Origin: Octopus sinensis
Taxonomy: Eukaryota
Reading direction: 5' to 3'
NCBI RefSeq assembly: GCF_006345805.1
Contig: NC_043017.1
Span: 21,514,001-21,578,000, forward strand
Length of the DNA: 64,000 nucleotides
The notes under the pieces were generated by a model, which saw only the letters and a program-made list of their open reading frames with translations, did no database searches and had not been told where the DNA came from. The position numbers were made by a program, and so were the translations under genes. The stretch's first letter is position 1. Every line of letters starts with the position of its first letter. Below are positions 39,431-52,890 of the stretch, piece by piece.

Positions 39431-40667
39431 AGATATTAAACAATGATGATGTTGTTGCAGCTGCTGGTACATGCTAACATGGCATACTCGCTTGTGAGGG
39501 ACAGCTGTAGTTTATTTTTTAAATGTTACATGTTGATGGGTGAAAATGGGACAGAGCAGAGTTTTAAGTGATCTGGACTCTGGTTTTAGTAGTCTGCCAT
39601 GCTAGAAATAACAACCAAATCTCATTCAAATCACAGCCTACTGTTTTAAATAAAGTAAGGATACACTCGATACTGTGGTTCTTAATTAGGACTCACCTGA
39701 GCTTAACGGCAACAATAACAACAACTTTAACAACAACTCACACACACTCAATCACTTGTAAGAGAGAAAAAAACCATTCAAAAAAGATAAAAGCAGGGTT
39801 TACCAGTTTTCAGATATTCCCAGACACAAGTAGATACATAGAAAGACTAAAGAAATCTTGGAAATGGTAGGTACATAGGTAGAATAATTACATTTTGGCA
39901 CATGGAACTAAATAACTGTCTTGAACCTTATCTTGCTTCCTTGTTTGTTTATTTATCTGGTTATTTATTTGTTTTGGAATTTTTTTTTTCAAGACACTGG
40001 CTCAATGCCAAACTTACACAGCTACATGGAACTTAGAATCAATAAATCCTCAAATAACGACAGAACAAAAAAAAAGAAAAGAAAAGAAAAAAAGCCATTA
40101 AATAAATGAAGAAATAAAATTTCAAAAACAAAATAAAACAAAACAAAACAAATTATGCAAAAATAAAGAAATAAGATAAAAATTCCAATCTTCATTTTCT
40201 TCATTTTACAATATTTGCGTGAGGCCAAAAACTACGTAACATCTATGAGAGGATTAAATCATCAAAGATATCAACATGTTTTGCAACATCTCATCTTTTC
40301 AAGACTGATCTTTTAATGTTCAGTTATCCGTTTTGTTCTGTTTTCTTTTTTTACTTTTATCACGTTTGTTTTGTTTGTATTTATTTTTGTCTCTATTCCG
40401 TATCCATATTTCTCATTTAAACTTATCTGCTTCCACCCAATTTTGTTTTGTGGGTGTTTGTTTTTTTTTGTGTGTGTATGTATTCCTTTCATCTTTTATC
40501 TTCACACCTACAAAATGGCAAAAGTTTTCTGGAAATTCTAAAGTTTTCTAAATATTATTTGAACAGTATTTCAGTTTGAAATTATATCTATGTGTATATG
40601 TAGGCACTGGTTTTGTTTGTTGAAGAGGCTTGCTTCACAACCACATCGGCTTTGGTTCAGTGCTGGA

Positions 40668-40895
40668 GACACATTAAAAGAACACATGTGGACGACATGT
40701 TAAAGGCACCCATGTGGGTGACATGTTAAAGACACCCATGTGGATGGCACATTAAAGGCACCCATGTGGGGGACATGTTAAAGACACCCATGTGGATGAC
40801 ACGCTAAAGGCACCCATATGGGTAACACGTTAAAGGCACCCATGTGGACGACATGCTAAAGGTACCCAAGTGGGTAACACGTTAAAGGCACTCAT
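40668..40895. repeat. 26-bp minisatellite, about 9 copies
   Basis: Unit gacatgttaaaggcacccatgtgg(g/a)t. Confidence 0.95.
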
Positions 40896-41657
40896 TTAGA
40901 CTGAATTTGAACCCAAGACATAATGAATACAAGCTGAACACCCCTAACTACTAGGCTATGTGCCTTCCTACTACCAAGAATATAGCATGAATTATGCTAT
41001 ATGAGATTAAATATAAATAAAATTTTTATTATCTTGTTAAAGTATATCCGACTATACAAAAAAAAAAGTAAAAAGGCATATTCATTGAATGGAATATTAG
41101 AAAAGTAGGGTTCAAAATTAATTTCAGACAACTGATAATGGAATTTTTGTGAAAATATTTTATACTTTCAAAGAGATAAAAAAAAAAAATTTCCATTATA
41201 ATTTATGACATAATATTTATTGTGATTGGAAAAATTATATTATGAACAGAAGAAATAGTAAATATGCCATCAGAGAATAAAGAATATATTGTCAACTGTC
41301 AAATGTTAATCAGAGAGCCTGGCCTTGAAATAAGGAATATATTTTAGCAGTAAAAAGAAGACAAAGAATGCATGCTTCATATATTTGAAGAATTTCTGCA
41401 CATTTTTTTAGTTATTTTTCTGTTTTTGGTGACATATATATAGGCATTGATTCGCGTATAATTTACATATAATAAGCAGTCAAGTGAATAGTATTTAATT
41501 TTATTAAATTCATAGAAAATATATTTATATAAATTAATAAATTGTAAACAGGATAAAATATTCAGAGACATTATTTAGAAGTTATGCTAAAAGTGCATTA
41601 AATATGTGTGTGCATGCATATACATACATACATACATACATACATACATACATACAT

Positions 41658-41702
<45 letters not shown>

Positions 41703-41986
41703 CATTTTCTCTGTGATTTATATATTTATTTTTTGTCATATATTTAGAAAGAGGAGGGAGAGAGAGAGAGAGAGAGAGAAAGAGAGATTGATATAGTTAT
41801 ATGTATAGATATACATGCATATGGGTGTATATTTATATACGTGTGTGTGTGTGTTTGTGTCTGTCTGTGTCTGTGTGTATGCATGGTATGACATATTCTT
41901 GGGCAAGTGTCTTCTACTGTAGTCTCAGGCTGACCAAAGCCCTGTGAGCGGATTTGGTAGACAGAAACTGAAAGAAGTCTGTTGTA

Positions 41987-42029
<43 letters not shown>

Positions 42030-43116
42030 ACCTTTGTGTTTCTGTGTTTGTCCCCGCCACCATCACCTGATAACCTATGATGGTGGGTACTTGTGACTGT
42101 GGAGCACTCAACTGCTTGCATTTTAAATTTCATGAGCAGGCTGGTCCATTGATCAGATCAACTGGAACCCACGTCATCATAACCGATGGAGTATCAGTTT
42201 TTTTTTAATGTATGCATGTGTGTATATTATGACTATATATTTATACATATACAGGCATGATGCATGTGTTGTATGTATGTGTAGTTGCGTATATATTTAT
42301 AGATATATAAGTATTATATATATACTTTTTTTTTATTGCCCATAAGGGGCTAAACAAGAAATTAAGTCGATTACATCAACCCCAATGCATAACTGGTACT
42401 TATTTAATCGACCCCGAAAGGATGAAAGGCAAAGTCGACCTTGGCGGAATTTGAACTCACAACGTAACCACAGACGAAAAGCGGTAAGCGTATCGCCCGA
42501 CGTGCTAACGTTTCTGCCAGCTCACACACACGCACACCTACATAGGTATGTATATGTTACATATGTATGTGTGCATATATATATTTATAAATTTTCTTCA
42601 TTTTGCAAAGTATGTATATGAGTATGTTCATATTTCTTTCATTATTGCCCACAGAGGTCTGAACATAGAGGAGACGAACAAGGACAGACAAAGGGATTAA
42701 GTCAATTACATTGACCCCAGTGTGTAACTGGTACTTAATCTATCGTCCCCGAAAGGATGAAGGGCAAAGTCGACCTCGGCGGAATTTGACCTCAGAACGT
42801 AGTGACTGACAAAATACTGCTAAGCATTTCGCCCAGCACGCTAACTATTCTGCCGGCTCACTGCCTTTGAGTATGTTCATATTTATATAAGTATTTTTAT
42901 TTATGTTGTGTCTTGGGAGAGTCATATTGCTTTCATGCCTTTTTATCTAACACACTCACTGGTTTGATTTCCACTCAGTTATCAGTTATACTTTTCTTCC
43001 AAAATTTTCATTGTTTTTGCCACTTTCTCAATGGAATTTTATTTATATAACTATTAAGTGTATGTAAGTATATATATATATATGCAACTGTAAGTATATA
43101 TATATGCATATTTTTC

Positions 43117-43161
<45 letters not shown>

Positions 43162-43828
43162 CACTATTAGTCTATTTTTTGCTTCTCCATCAATCAACAT
43201 AATATCACATAATTTCCATGCAATTCAAACCATAGGGGAGGAGTATAACTAAAAACAAAAAAAAAAAATCCCTACATCTTTCCGACCCCAAATCTCTACC
43301 CGTTTCTCCGTCCAATTAGTATTCAAGTCAAAGTGAAGGGCTCTTGTCAAATGAAGATAACACTGTTATTGTTCCACTGTGAATTTACATACAATGCATG
43401 TAATTTGGTATTCTTGGGAAATGGCAATTTATCTTCTTCTAAGCCCTGATGTATTTCTCTAACAGACACAATGAGAATGGACAGAAATTATCATGTAGTC
43501 ATAATAACTAATATATCATTATGTCTGTTTGTCTTGCATTCTGATATCAATGGTATTATGTAAAGGTTTGTGTATCAACTGTTTAATATTTTCTTTCAGA
43601 AAAGTGATGGGTGACAACATTGTTATATTTTAGATTGGCTTATTTCGTATTTATTTGTTAAAACCAATTTAGAATGTTTCTATGTTTGCGTAATGCACAC
43701 TATTTGTCACTGAATCCCTGAAACAGCTGTAAAGAACTACCTTGAATTTTCTTCTTTTTTCTTCTTGTTTATATTTTCACTTCTATTTATGAAGGACTAC
43801 CATGAACACCTCCCTGCTTTCTGCTTAT

Positions 43829-44285
43829 AGAAAGTGAATCAATAGCCAGCTGGAGAAGATGTTCTCCTGGGGCTACAAGCTACAATAACATCCACCTTTA
43901 GTGGTTAACCATATTTAGATGGCAAATATACTTCACATTGTCATGCAGTTACTGTCTATACCTCGTTCAGAGATTTATTATTGCTTGTTTACACTTTTTC
44001 AAGATCAGTGACAAAAAGTCACTGGAAAAAGGATATATGTATTTGCATTGGGACCCTTCCATCGGAAACCAGTGATTGTCGTGTCACTTTTCAATGCCCA
44101 GAAACTGCAGTCCGTGTGTATCACTTAGGTTGATGAGGGAAGGATGACCTCCCTTGGCAAATACCGATAGGGCACAGAAAGTGTGTCAATAGCCAGCTGG
44201 AGAAGATGTTCTCCTGGGGCTACAAGCTACAGTAACATCCACCCTTAGTGGTTAGCCATATTTAGATGGCAAATATACTTCACAT
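43829..44285. repeat. ~110-bp direct repeat at 347-bp period
   Basis: 43829-43938 vs 44176-44285 are near-identical (tcaatagccagctggagaagatgttctcc..atacttcacat). Confidence 0.95.
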
Positions 44286-45587
44286 ATATTCATATATATA
44301 TTTGTTTAATTCATTTATGCATGCTTTGAATGCAGGCTGGATTTTGCAAACCTGCTCATTCATGACAAAGTCAGTGTACGAAGCAACTAAGATACTGCAA
44401 TAGCAATTTGTTCCCAATGCCTCTATCTTCTGCTGAATCTTTGCTCTGACTTAATTCAGGCTGAGCAACAACAATCATATATAAGAAGAAATTCAAGACT
44501 TTGTTCCTTAGTGTGTTCTTTTACTGCCTTCCTCTGGCTCATTTAGAGATTTTGAACTCACAAAATAATAATGTATTATGCTGCTGCATAGCTACATACA
44601 CACACAGCAAGTGACTGTTCTTATATTGCCATTTTGAGGAAAAATCGTAACTGATTAAGCTTATAAACACATGTGCCACTTGTTGCTTGTCTATATTTCA
44701 CTTTTCTTTCTTTGTTTATATCCTCTAAAATATCTTTCATTACACCATTTAGAGTTCTTTTCCATGATTTTAATTTAATTTTCATGATTTTAATTCAAAG
44801 ATAAATATAAAGCAAACATCAACATCATTTAACATCTGTGATCCATACTGGCATGAGATGCATGGTATGGCAGGATTCAACAGGCCCCAGGATAGCATTG
44901 TGGCCCAGTATCTGCTTTGGTCTATTTTCTCTGGCTGGATGCCCATCCTAACACACACCCCTTTACAGACTGCACTGGATGTATTCCTCATGCCATCAGC
45001 ACAAGTGAGGTTGCCTTGTAGCTTGCTGGACCTCAAACCACAAGGTGGGGAGCTTTATGATAGAGAATAAGGGATTGAAAATTAAATGGCTTTCTTTTTT
45101 TTCTTTTGCTTTTGTTGGAAAGGTGACAGTACAATGATTCACAATGCCATATAAAGAGAATTGTTTTTTCCTCTTTGGATCACCTTGGAAACATATTCTT
45201 AGCTCAATTGCCTGTTGATCCAATTCTACATGAGAAACTCTCAATTTTCCCAAAAAGCAATATTCCTAACAAGAAGTTTGAAACTTGCCAAAATTCTTTG
45301 CCGAGAATTATTCCATCACAACCAAACATGATTAAATTAACAGTCCCCACTTGACTCTGAGACAAATGTGGAAAGCAAGGAAAGTCACGAATGAGAATGA
45401 AAAAAACGGTATGTAATAAATGCCAACACATTAGTGCTTCTAACATCTCAGCCCTAGAGAGCTATGACTTTTGACAATCAAACACAACTGGCACATTTTA
45501 TACACATGCACACACACATTTATACAAAGAAACATTTTTATGCATACATATACACATATATGTACATACAAACATTTATGCATGAAT

Positions 45588-45620
<33 letters not shown>

Positions 45621-46050
45621 GATAGATAGATAGATAGATAGCTGGATGGACGGAAGAATGGATGGATGGATAGATAGACAGATAGATAAATACATACATA
45701 GATATACTTACACACACACATACATACACACATATATATATATATACTCATATACACACACAGATTTGTGTACATCCAAATTCACACACATTCATAGATA
45801 TATACATCTCTCTCTCTCCATCTATCTATACCTATCTATCTATCTGGCTGTCTTTGTCTGTCTGTATCTCTCTCTGTCTCTGTCTCTCTGTTTCTCTCTT
45901 ATGTATGTATATATATATACATACATGAGAAAGCAGTATAACAAAACTATATATACATTCATTTGTATGCACATATATATATACACATTTCTTTTTCTCC
46001 CCCTTTTCTATTTATGTATATTTATATATTTATATCTATATCTATCTATC

Positions 46051-46142
<92 letters not shown>

Positions 46143-46636
46143 TATGAGAACCTGTATAAGAGAAACCTTATTCATATTTGATCCTCTCCTGTTCATTAAG
46201 GTCTGTTAATTAATTCAGTTATTCGTGGTCTGTACGGAGGTCTGTAGGCCAAGAGATAACTTTAATTACATTTCCCAATTAAGCCGTCTCCCTTGTTTTG
46301 CCCTCTACTTCACTGGACAATAAAGCTGCACAGATTTTCAATAACCCATGTTACGAAGATCACACCAATATACACCAATGTACAGGTTGCTTCCTTTCCG
46401 TTGGGTTCATAACATTAAACATACATACATATATATTTGTGTGTGTGAGTGTGTGTTTCCTGTGTGTACACAGTGTTTGATAAATATAGGACAACAAAAA
46501 CAGCAACAACAATAACAACAACAACAATGCTGAGCAATGTGATTGTTTTGTTCCCTGCCGTTGCATATTGGCATCGGTTTTATGTCACATTTATACAAAT
46601 ATCTGATCCTTTATAATTCTATGTATAAGGAAGCCT

Positions 46637-46803
46637 TCTCTCTTTCTCTCTCTCTCTCCCCCCTCTCTCTCTTCCTCATCTCTCTTTCGCTCCCTTCATC
46701 ATCTGTCTCTCTCCACCATCTCTTTCTCACTCTCTCTCTTCCTCATCTCTTTTTCTCTCCCTTCATCATCTGTCTCTCTCCACATCTCTTTCTCTCTCTC
46801 TCC

Positions 46804-46841
<38 letters not shown>

Positions 46842-46990
46842 TCATCTCTTTTCTCTCTCTCTCTCTTCCTCATCTCTTTTCTCTCTCTCTCTCTCTTCCT
46901 CATCTCTTTTTCTCTCCCTTCATCATCTGTCTCTCTCTCCACCATCTCTTTCTCACTCACTCTCTCTCTCTCTCTCTCTCGCTCTCTCTG
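46637..46990. repeat. (CT)-rich polypyrimidine tract
   Basis: Directly visible. A complementary-type (GA)-rich array with gagcat units lies at 54230-54610. Confidence 0.9.
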
Positions 46991-48382
46991 TATAACCACC
47001 ACAACTACCACCACCTTTACCTTCATTTTTGTCATCGTCATCATCATCATCATTATAGCCAACAAGGTAGTTATTCATTGTTGTTCTAGGATTTCCATCT
47101 ACAAGAATTCTTTTCTCACTCTTTTTCTCTCTCTCCTTCTCCTTTTCTCTCTCTCTCTCTCTCGGTATTGTTATCATCATCATCAACATTATTATTGACC
47201 CAAAATTTTATGCCCAACAAATATACCCATCTCTCTCTCTCTCTATTTCTCTTGCCTCACCCTTCTCTCCCCTTGTCATCATCACCATCATAGAATTTAA
47301 TATTCTCTCCCACCTTTCACAGGGTATCATCATCATCACCACCATCATCATCATCATTGTCATCACTGTCATTATCTTTGGCACCTTTATCATTCTTGAA
47401 TTTTGTACCCAAGCAATATGACCATCTCTCTCTCTCTCTTTCCTCCCTTCCCCCTGATCCTCCTCCTATTTTTCTTTTCCATCCCCTTCCTCCTCCACCT
47501 CCTCCTCATTATCATCATTATCGTCGTCAATCTTGAACTTGATGTAACAAAAATATTTCCATCTCTTTATCTCCTCCTCCTCCTCCTCCTCCTCTTCATC
47601 ATCATAATCCTCATTAGCAGTTGCAGCATTATCACCACCACCACCACCACCACTATCATCATCATCATCATAACAAAAATTTTAAATGCATGGATTTACC
47701 TGCATCTCCCCACCACCACTGCACACACCCACACCCACACACTGTGTTTCACACTCCGTGTCTTTAACATCATCATCGTCATCCTCACTCCATCGCCCAC
47801 TAAACACACCGTCACCGTTGTCATCATCGCCATTGTCGTCGTCATCATTGTCATCATTGGTGTCATCTTCAATCTCAAATAATTCCACAACATGTAGCAA
47901 CCGGTATTGCATTAATGAGGTTTTCCTTAGAAAGCAGTAACTCTCCATAAAACCACTTGTTTCACTTTGTCTCTGAACTATGTAGACTTTAACCATTTCC
48001 TCATCTTCAAGTGTTCTTTATTCTGCTTTGTTTCCAGTACCTAACACCACTCCCCACCACCACCACCCCACCACCACCGCTGCCACTGCCATCGTTATCA
48101 TCGTGTTGACCCCTTCATATTTTTCCTTACTCCTTCATCTGTCCCCTATTTACATGACATGTTTAAATTATCACTGTTATCTCTTTGTTCTTCTTCAGCT
48201 GTTGCTGCATGTGTTGCCATGTTGCATAAATCAACAGCTATTGACTGTTCCCCTGTTCCATTCCGTCATTCCATATCAAAAACCTTTCTCATGAATTTAC
48301 ATTGAAGAATTTATAACAAGCCAGCAAGAAAGCCCTTTTATATATTAAGAATATAAAATGGTGACAATTTACCCACCACACC

Positions 48383-48415
<33 letters not shown>

Positions 48416-48418
<3 letters not shown>

Positions 48419-49010
48419 GGTGTGGTGGGTAAATTGTCACCATTTTATATTCTTAACATTGTGCAGGCACATTGTTTGTTTTTAATTTTGTCAGCTACAC
48501 AGTATAGTAGGGTCAGTTGGGCACCATCTGTGAGAAAAACAGCAACTTTACACAATTCCCTCTGCCTGAAATTTGGAAACAACATGCTCTACTGCTTGGC
48601 ATTTGTGCCAGAAGCTCCAATACGAACATTTCAGAGGGTTTGGGTGTGAATCTGGGGACAGTGCAATCTGAGGACATGATAAAACTCAAACATCCAGTCA
48701 ACATCATGGTGTTTGGAGGGATCAACAGAGATGGTGATGTTATGCCTCCATTCATCTTCCCACACAGCTTCAGAGTAAACAGGGAAGCTTACATCAAGTG
48801 GCAGGAGGAAGTAGTGCTGCCCTGGGTCAAGAGGGTGGCTGCTGGAAGACCCTGTGTCTGGCAACAGGACTCTGTACCATGCCACACAAGCAGGAGAACC
48901 CAATCATGGCTGTCAGACAATTTCTGTGACCACATCACCCCTAAAATCTGGCCACCAAAACCCCCAGACTGCAATCCCTTTGATAATTATGTGTGGAGTG
49001 CAGTTGACAT
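48416..49010 (+). mobile_element. maT (DD37D) Tc1/mariner-superfamily transposon, internally deleted and 3'-truncated
   Basis: TA-CAGGGTG TIR start. ORF 48517-49086 has KHPVNIMVFGGI..WQQD-x37-D (WPPKPPDCNPFD). The DNA-binding region and first catalytic D appear deleted. Confidence 0.88.
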
Positions 49011-50084
49011 TATAAAACATGAACAATCACTTTACCAGAATCTGCCCTTCCTGTTGCCAACCTTCACTCTGATCCAAGTGAGTTAATCTTCTCCCCTGGG
49101 CCAGACACATTTTGCACAGGAGACTGGAAACAAATGACATCGCTTCTATGAGGATGATGCCCATCTACAACCATCACGAGGGTACAGACAAAAGCTCACA
49201 CACATGTGTGTACAGAGTATGTCCTATATCTACACTGACTCAGAAAATTCCGTCTGACCCCCCATGCAAAAATGGAAAAGGGGTGGGAGCAATAAAACGA
49301 TGGTGCTGGTATATCAATTGTGTATGTGAGAAGAAGAAGAAGGAGGAGGAGGAGAAGAGGAAAAAAGGAGGAGGTGAAGACAAAGAAGAAGAAGAAAAAG
49401 AAGAAGAAGAGAAGAAGAAGAAGAAGAAGAAGAAGAAGCAGATGATGATATAGTAATATGGTTTATCAAACACAGAAAACCCACCCCCACTAAATGCATT
49501 TTATTGTTAATCTATCAACTATAACGAAGTATTCAAGTTGCCAGTTTAAGTTAACCCGGGGTTATAGGATTTTGTAAGATAACATTTTAATGAATCGAGA
49601 TTTAAATTTCATGTTATTTTAGATTTTGCCGAAATATAAGAAGAGAAAAATTAAATAAATATGGAATATTTTAAAATGTTACGATTAAACATACATATGT
49701 ATATGGAATTTGTACATTCATTGTTATATGCAGAGAGTATATATACACATGTATACATACAAACATATATGAATATATACATGTATACATTTATACAGAC
49801 ATATAAATATATACAAAGAAATGCAAACATACATACACAGACACACATGCACATATACTTACATACACACTCATATACATACAGATATATAGACATATTT
49901 ATACATGTACATACACATATATATGTATACATATGTGCATATATCTATATAGTTATATATATATGCATGTGTGTGTATATATATATATATATGTGCATAT
50001 ATCTATATAGTTATATATATATGCATGTGTGTATATATATATATTATATATATATATATGTATAAATATATATATGTATGTATG

Positions 50085-50170
<86 letters not shown>

Positions 50171-50969
50171 CACACATACATATACATATATACACACACA
50201 CACATTTATACATATATATATACATACACACAGATACACACATATACACATGTATATATACACACATATACAGTTTCATTTGAAAGATGACTGATTTAGT
50301 AGGTCAAATGTATCGATGATTACAGTTATATTTTGATAAACTTTACGACGAATAAATCAAATTTAATTGCATAACAAACATAAAAATGATTCAAATTCTT
50401 CACCGATATGTTTTATTAGTGCCATTATCTTCGATGTCTCTTCTCTCTTATAAGTACAAGGCTCGTTAAAGACACTAGTGGTATTAATGAATAAAATATC
50501 AAGAAATGAAACACCCTTTTCTTTGTCTTTTTTCTGTGTTTTTTTTTAGAAGAAATTAAATATTAAGAATTAATTTGTTTTATATTTGTTTAGTTTTGTT
50601 TTGTTTGTTAGTAATATTTTTGTAGTATCTTTGAGGGGAGGGGGACTTTAATAATGATGTGGATAAACTATGTTTTCTTTTTTTCTCTCCTCCTCTGTCT
50701 TTCTTTCTATGCACACGCATACATACACACACACATGCACATTTATATATATACACACAAGCATTAGTACAAGTGTTGGTAATCTAGCATGGCCACAACT
50801 TCTGCCTGAAAGCAATAAAAGAATATATATATATGTATATATATATGTACAGATACATAGATTGAGAGAAATACGTATTCATATACACAAACATACATGC
50901 ATACATATATATATATATATATTTGTATGTATATACATATATATTTATATATGTATATATATATATATG

Positions 50970-51021
<52 letters not shown>

Positions 51022-51867
51022 AACACATATGCATGTATGCATACACATATCTCAAATAATAATAATATTTAAAAAAACTCACATTGCATCTCTTATGTCA
51101 CAGACAACAATAATAATTTCTCTCTTTGCAGATCATATCACAGCTTCGCCCGCCCTACCATCCCAGCCCACCCCACCCTCACCCATACCTGTCCATAAAG
51201 AGACAAACAGACAGACAGAATTTATTTAATTTCTATATTCATTTATAGCTGTTTCGTTACACAATCAAAATAAGAAATAACCATTTGTTAATTCCGAGTC
51301 AATAACGAGAGGAAATTAAAAAAAAAAAGAAAAAGAAAACACAGACTTTGTTCTGAGACATTATTATGTTTTTATTTTAACCCTTTGCCAGCCCATAGTA
51401 TTTCATAAGTGTGCCCCAATCATCAGTGCTTGTTTCCAGACTTTTATATTGCCCTTGTTTCAGGCATCATCATCACCATCATTGTTTAACATCCGTTTTT
51501 CCATGCTGGCAATAGGTTGGCTGGTTTGACATGGGCTGGCCAACCAGGGAGCTGTCCAAGCTCAATTTGTCTGTTTTGTTGTGGTTTCTACAGCTGGATG
51601 CCCTTCCTAATGCCAGCCACTTTACAGTGTGTGCTGTGTCTTCTTTACATGCCACTGGGATGGGTGTGTTTACGCAACATTAACACGAATGCATTTTATG
51701 TAGAATGAACACCTGTAAAAGACAAGCCTCTATGTATGGATGAGCAATTTTTACTGAGCTCGATGTGTCTCCTCAGTTACAGCAAATCACAACTCCTGGT
51801 CCCTTGTCATTTCCTCAGAGAGACCCAGCTTGTGAAGACCATTTGTCAACACTTCATCCCATGTCTT

Positions 51868-52032
51868 GGAGTGGCTGTGTGGTAAGTAGCTTGTTTACCA
51901 ACCACATGATTCGGGGTTCAGTCCCACTGCGTAGCACATTGGGCAAGTGTCTTCTACTATAGCCTCGGGCTGACCAAAGCCTTGTGAGTAGATTTGGTAG
52001 ACGGAAACTGAAAGAAGCCCATCATATATATG

Positions 52033-52069
<37 letters not shown>

Positions 52070-52275
52070 TTGTGTGTCTGTGTTTGTCCCCCTAGCATTG
52101 CTTGACAACCAATGCTGGTGTGTTTATGTCCCCGTTACTTAGCGGTTCAGCAAAAAGAGACTGATAGAATAAGTACTGGGCTTACAAAAGAATAAGTCCC
52201 GGGGTCGAGTTGCTCGATTAAAGGCGGTGCTCCAGCATGGCCGCAGTCGAATGACTGAAACAAGTAAAAGAATAA
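51868..52275 (+). mobile_element. SINE family A, young copy
   Basis: Full-length match. Confidence 0.92.
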
Positions 52276-52289
52276 AAAAGAGAGAGAGA

Positions 52290-52890
52290 GTATGTCTTAC
52301 TGGGTCTACCCCTTCCACTAGTTCCCTCCACAGTTTCAGTTCAGCACTTCTTAAAGCAGTTGTCCTTATCCACATGCATCACATGACCAAACCAGCTGAG
52401 TCCTCTCTCTTGCACCCAACATCCGATGCTTCTCATACCCAGTTTTTCTCTTAAATCATTCACACTCTGTCACGTGTGCACACTGACATTATGCATCCAA
52501 CAGAGAATGCTAGCTTCATTTCTTTCAACCCTTCATTCATCATGGTCGAGACAATGGAATTTACCATGCTACGCCAGACTTCATGGTCCATCATAACATT
52601 ACGGAGGTCCTGTTGCTGGATGCCTGTATCCCTGGAGATTACATCAGGGTAGGAGAGGGTGCGCCCTCTGGTATTGCAAGTAGATGGCTTCCAGAGGAGA
52701 AGAGTAGAAATTACTTCTTTTTCAGCTCTATAACAATGTCCAGCAAACTGGACTCTCCTACCTTTCACAAGAGATGACACAGGTGGTAGTTTCCCATATA
52801 TTTGCATTTTGGTTAGATGACGCTTCCATGCTTCAACCCTTCACAAGTCCTCTGTAGTCAAAGCCCATACCTTCTGCATAATACAAAGCT
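52290..52890 (-). mobile_element. RTE-BovB-like LINE relic, interrupted
   Basis: WALTTEDL*RVE|RNEASILCWMHNV..LREKLGMRSI..WFGHVMH..GRGRPSKT, split by the insert at 52536-52831. Confidence 0.8.
52536..52831 (-). mobile_element. 5'-truncated RTE-clade LINE with 12-bp TSD
   Basis: IYGKLPPVSSLVKGRRVQFAGHCYRA..LLWKP..YPDVISRDTG..WRSMV; ttcaacccttca at 52524-52535 and 52832-52843. Confidence 0.88.

Noticed and set aside
48517-49086. Intact or domesticated transposase gene
   Set aside because: It lacks most of the DNA-binding region and the first catalytic Asp, and the C-terminus runs into unrelated sequence.
51132-51229. Pro-rich putative terminal exon after ctttgcag
   Set aside because: The composition follows a C-rich low-complexity run; there is no other support.
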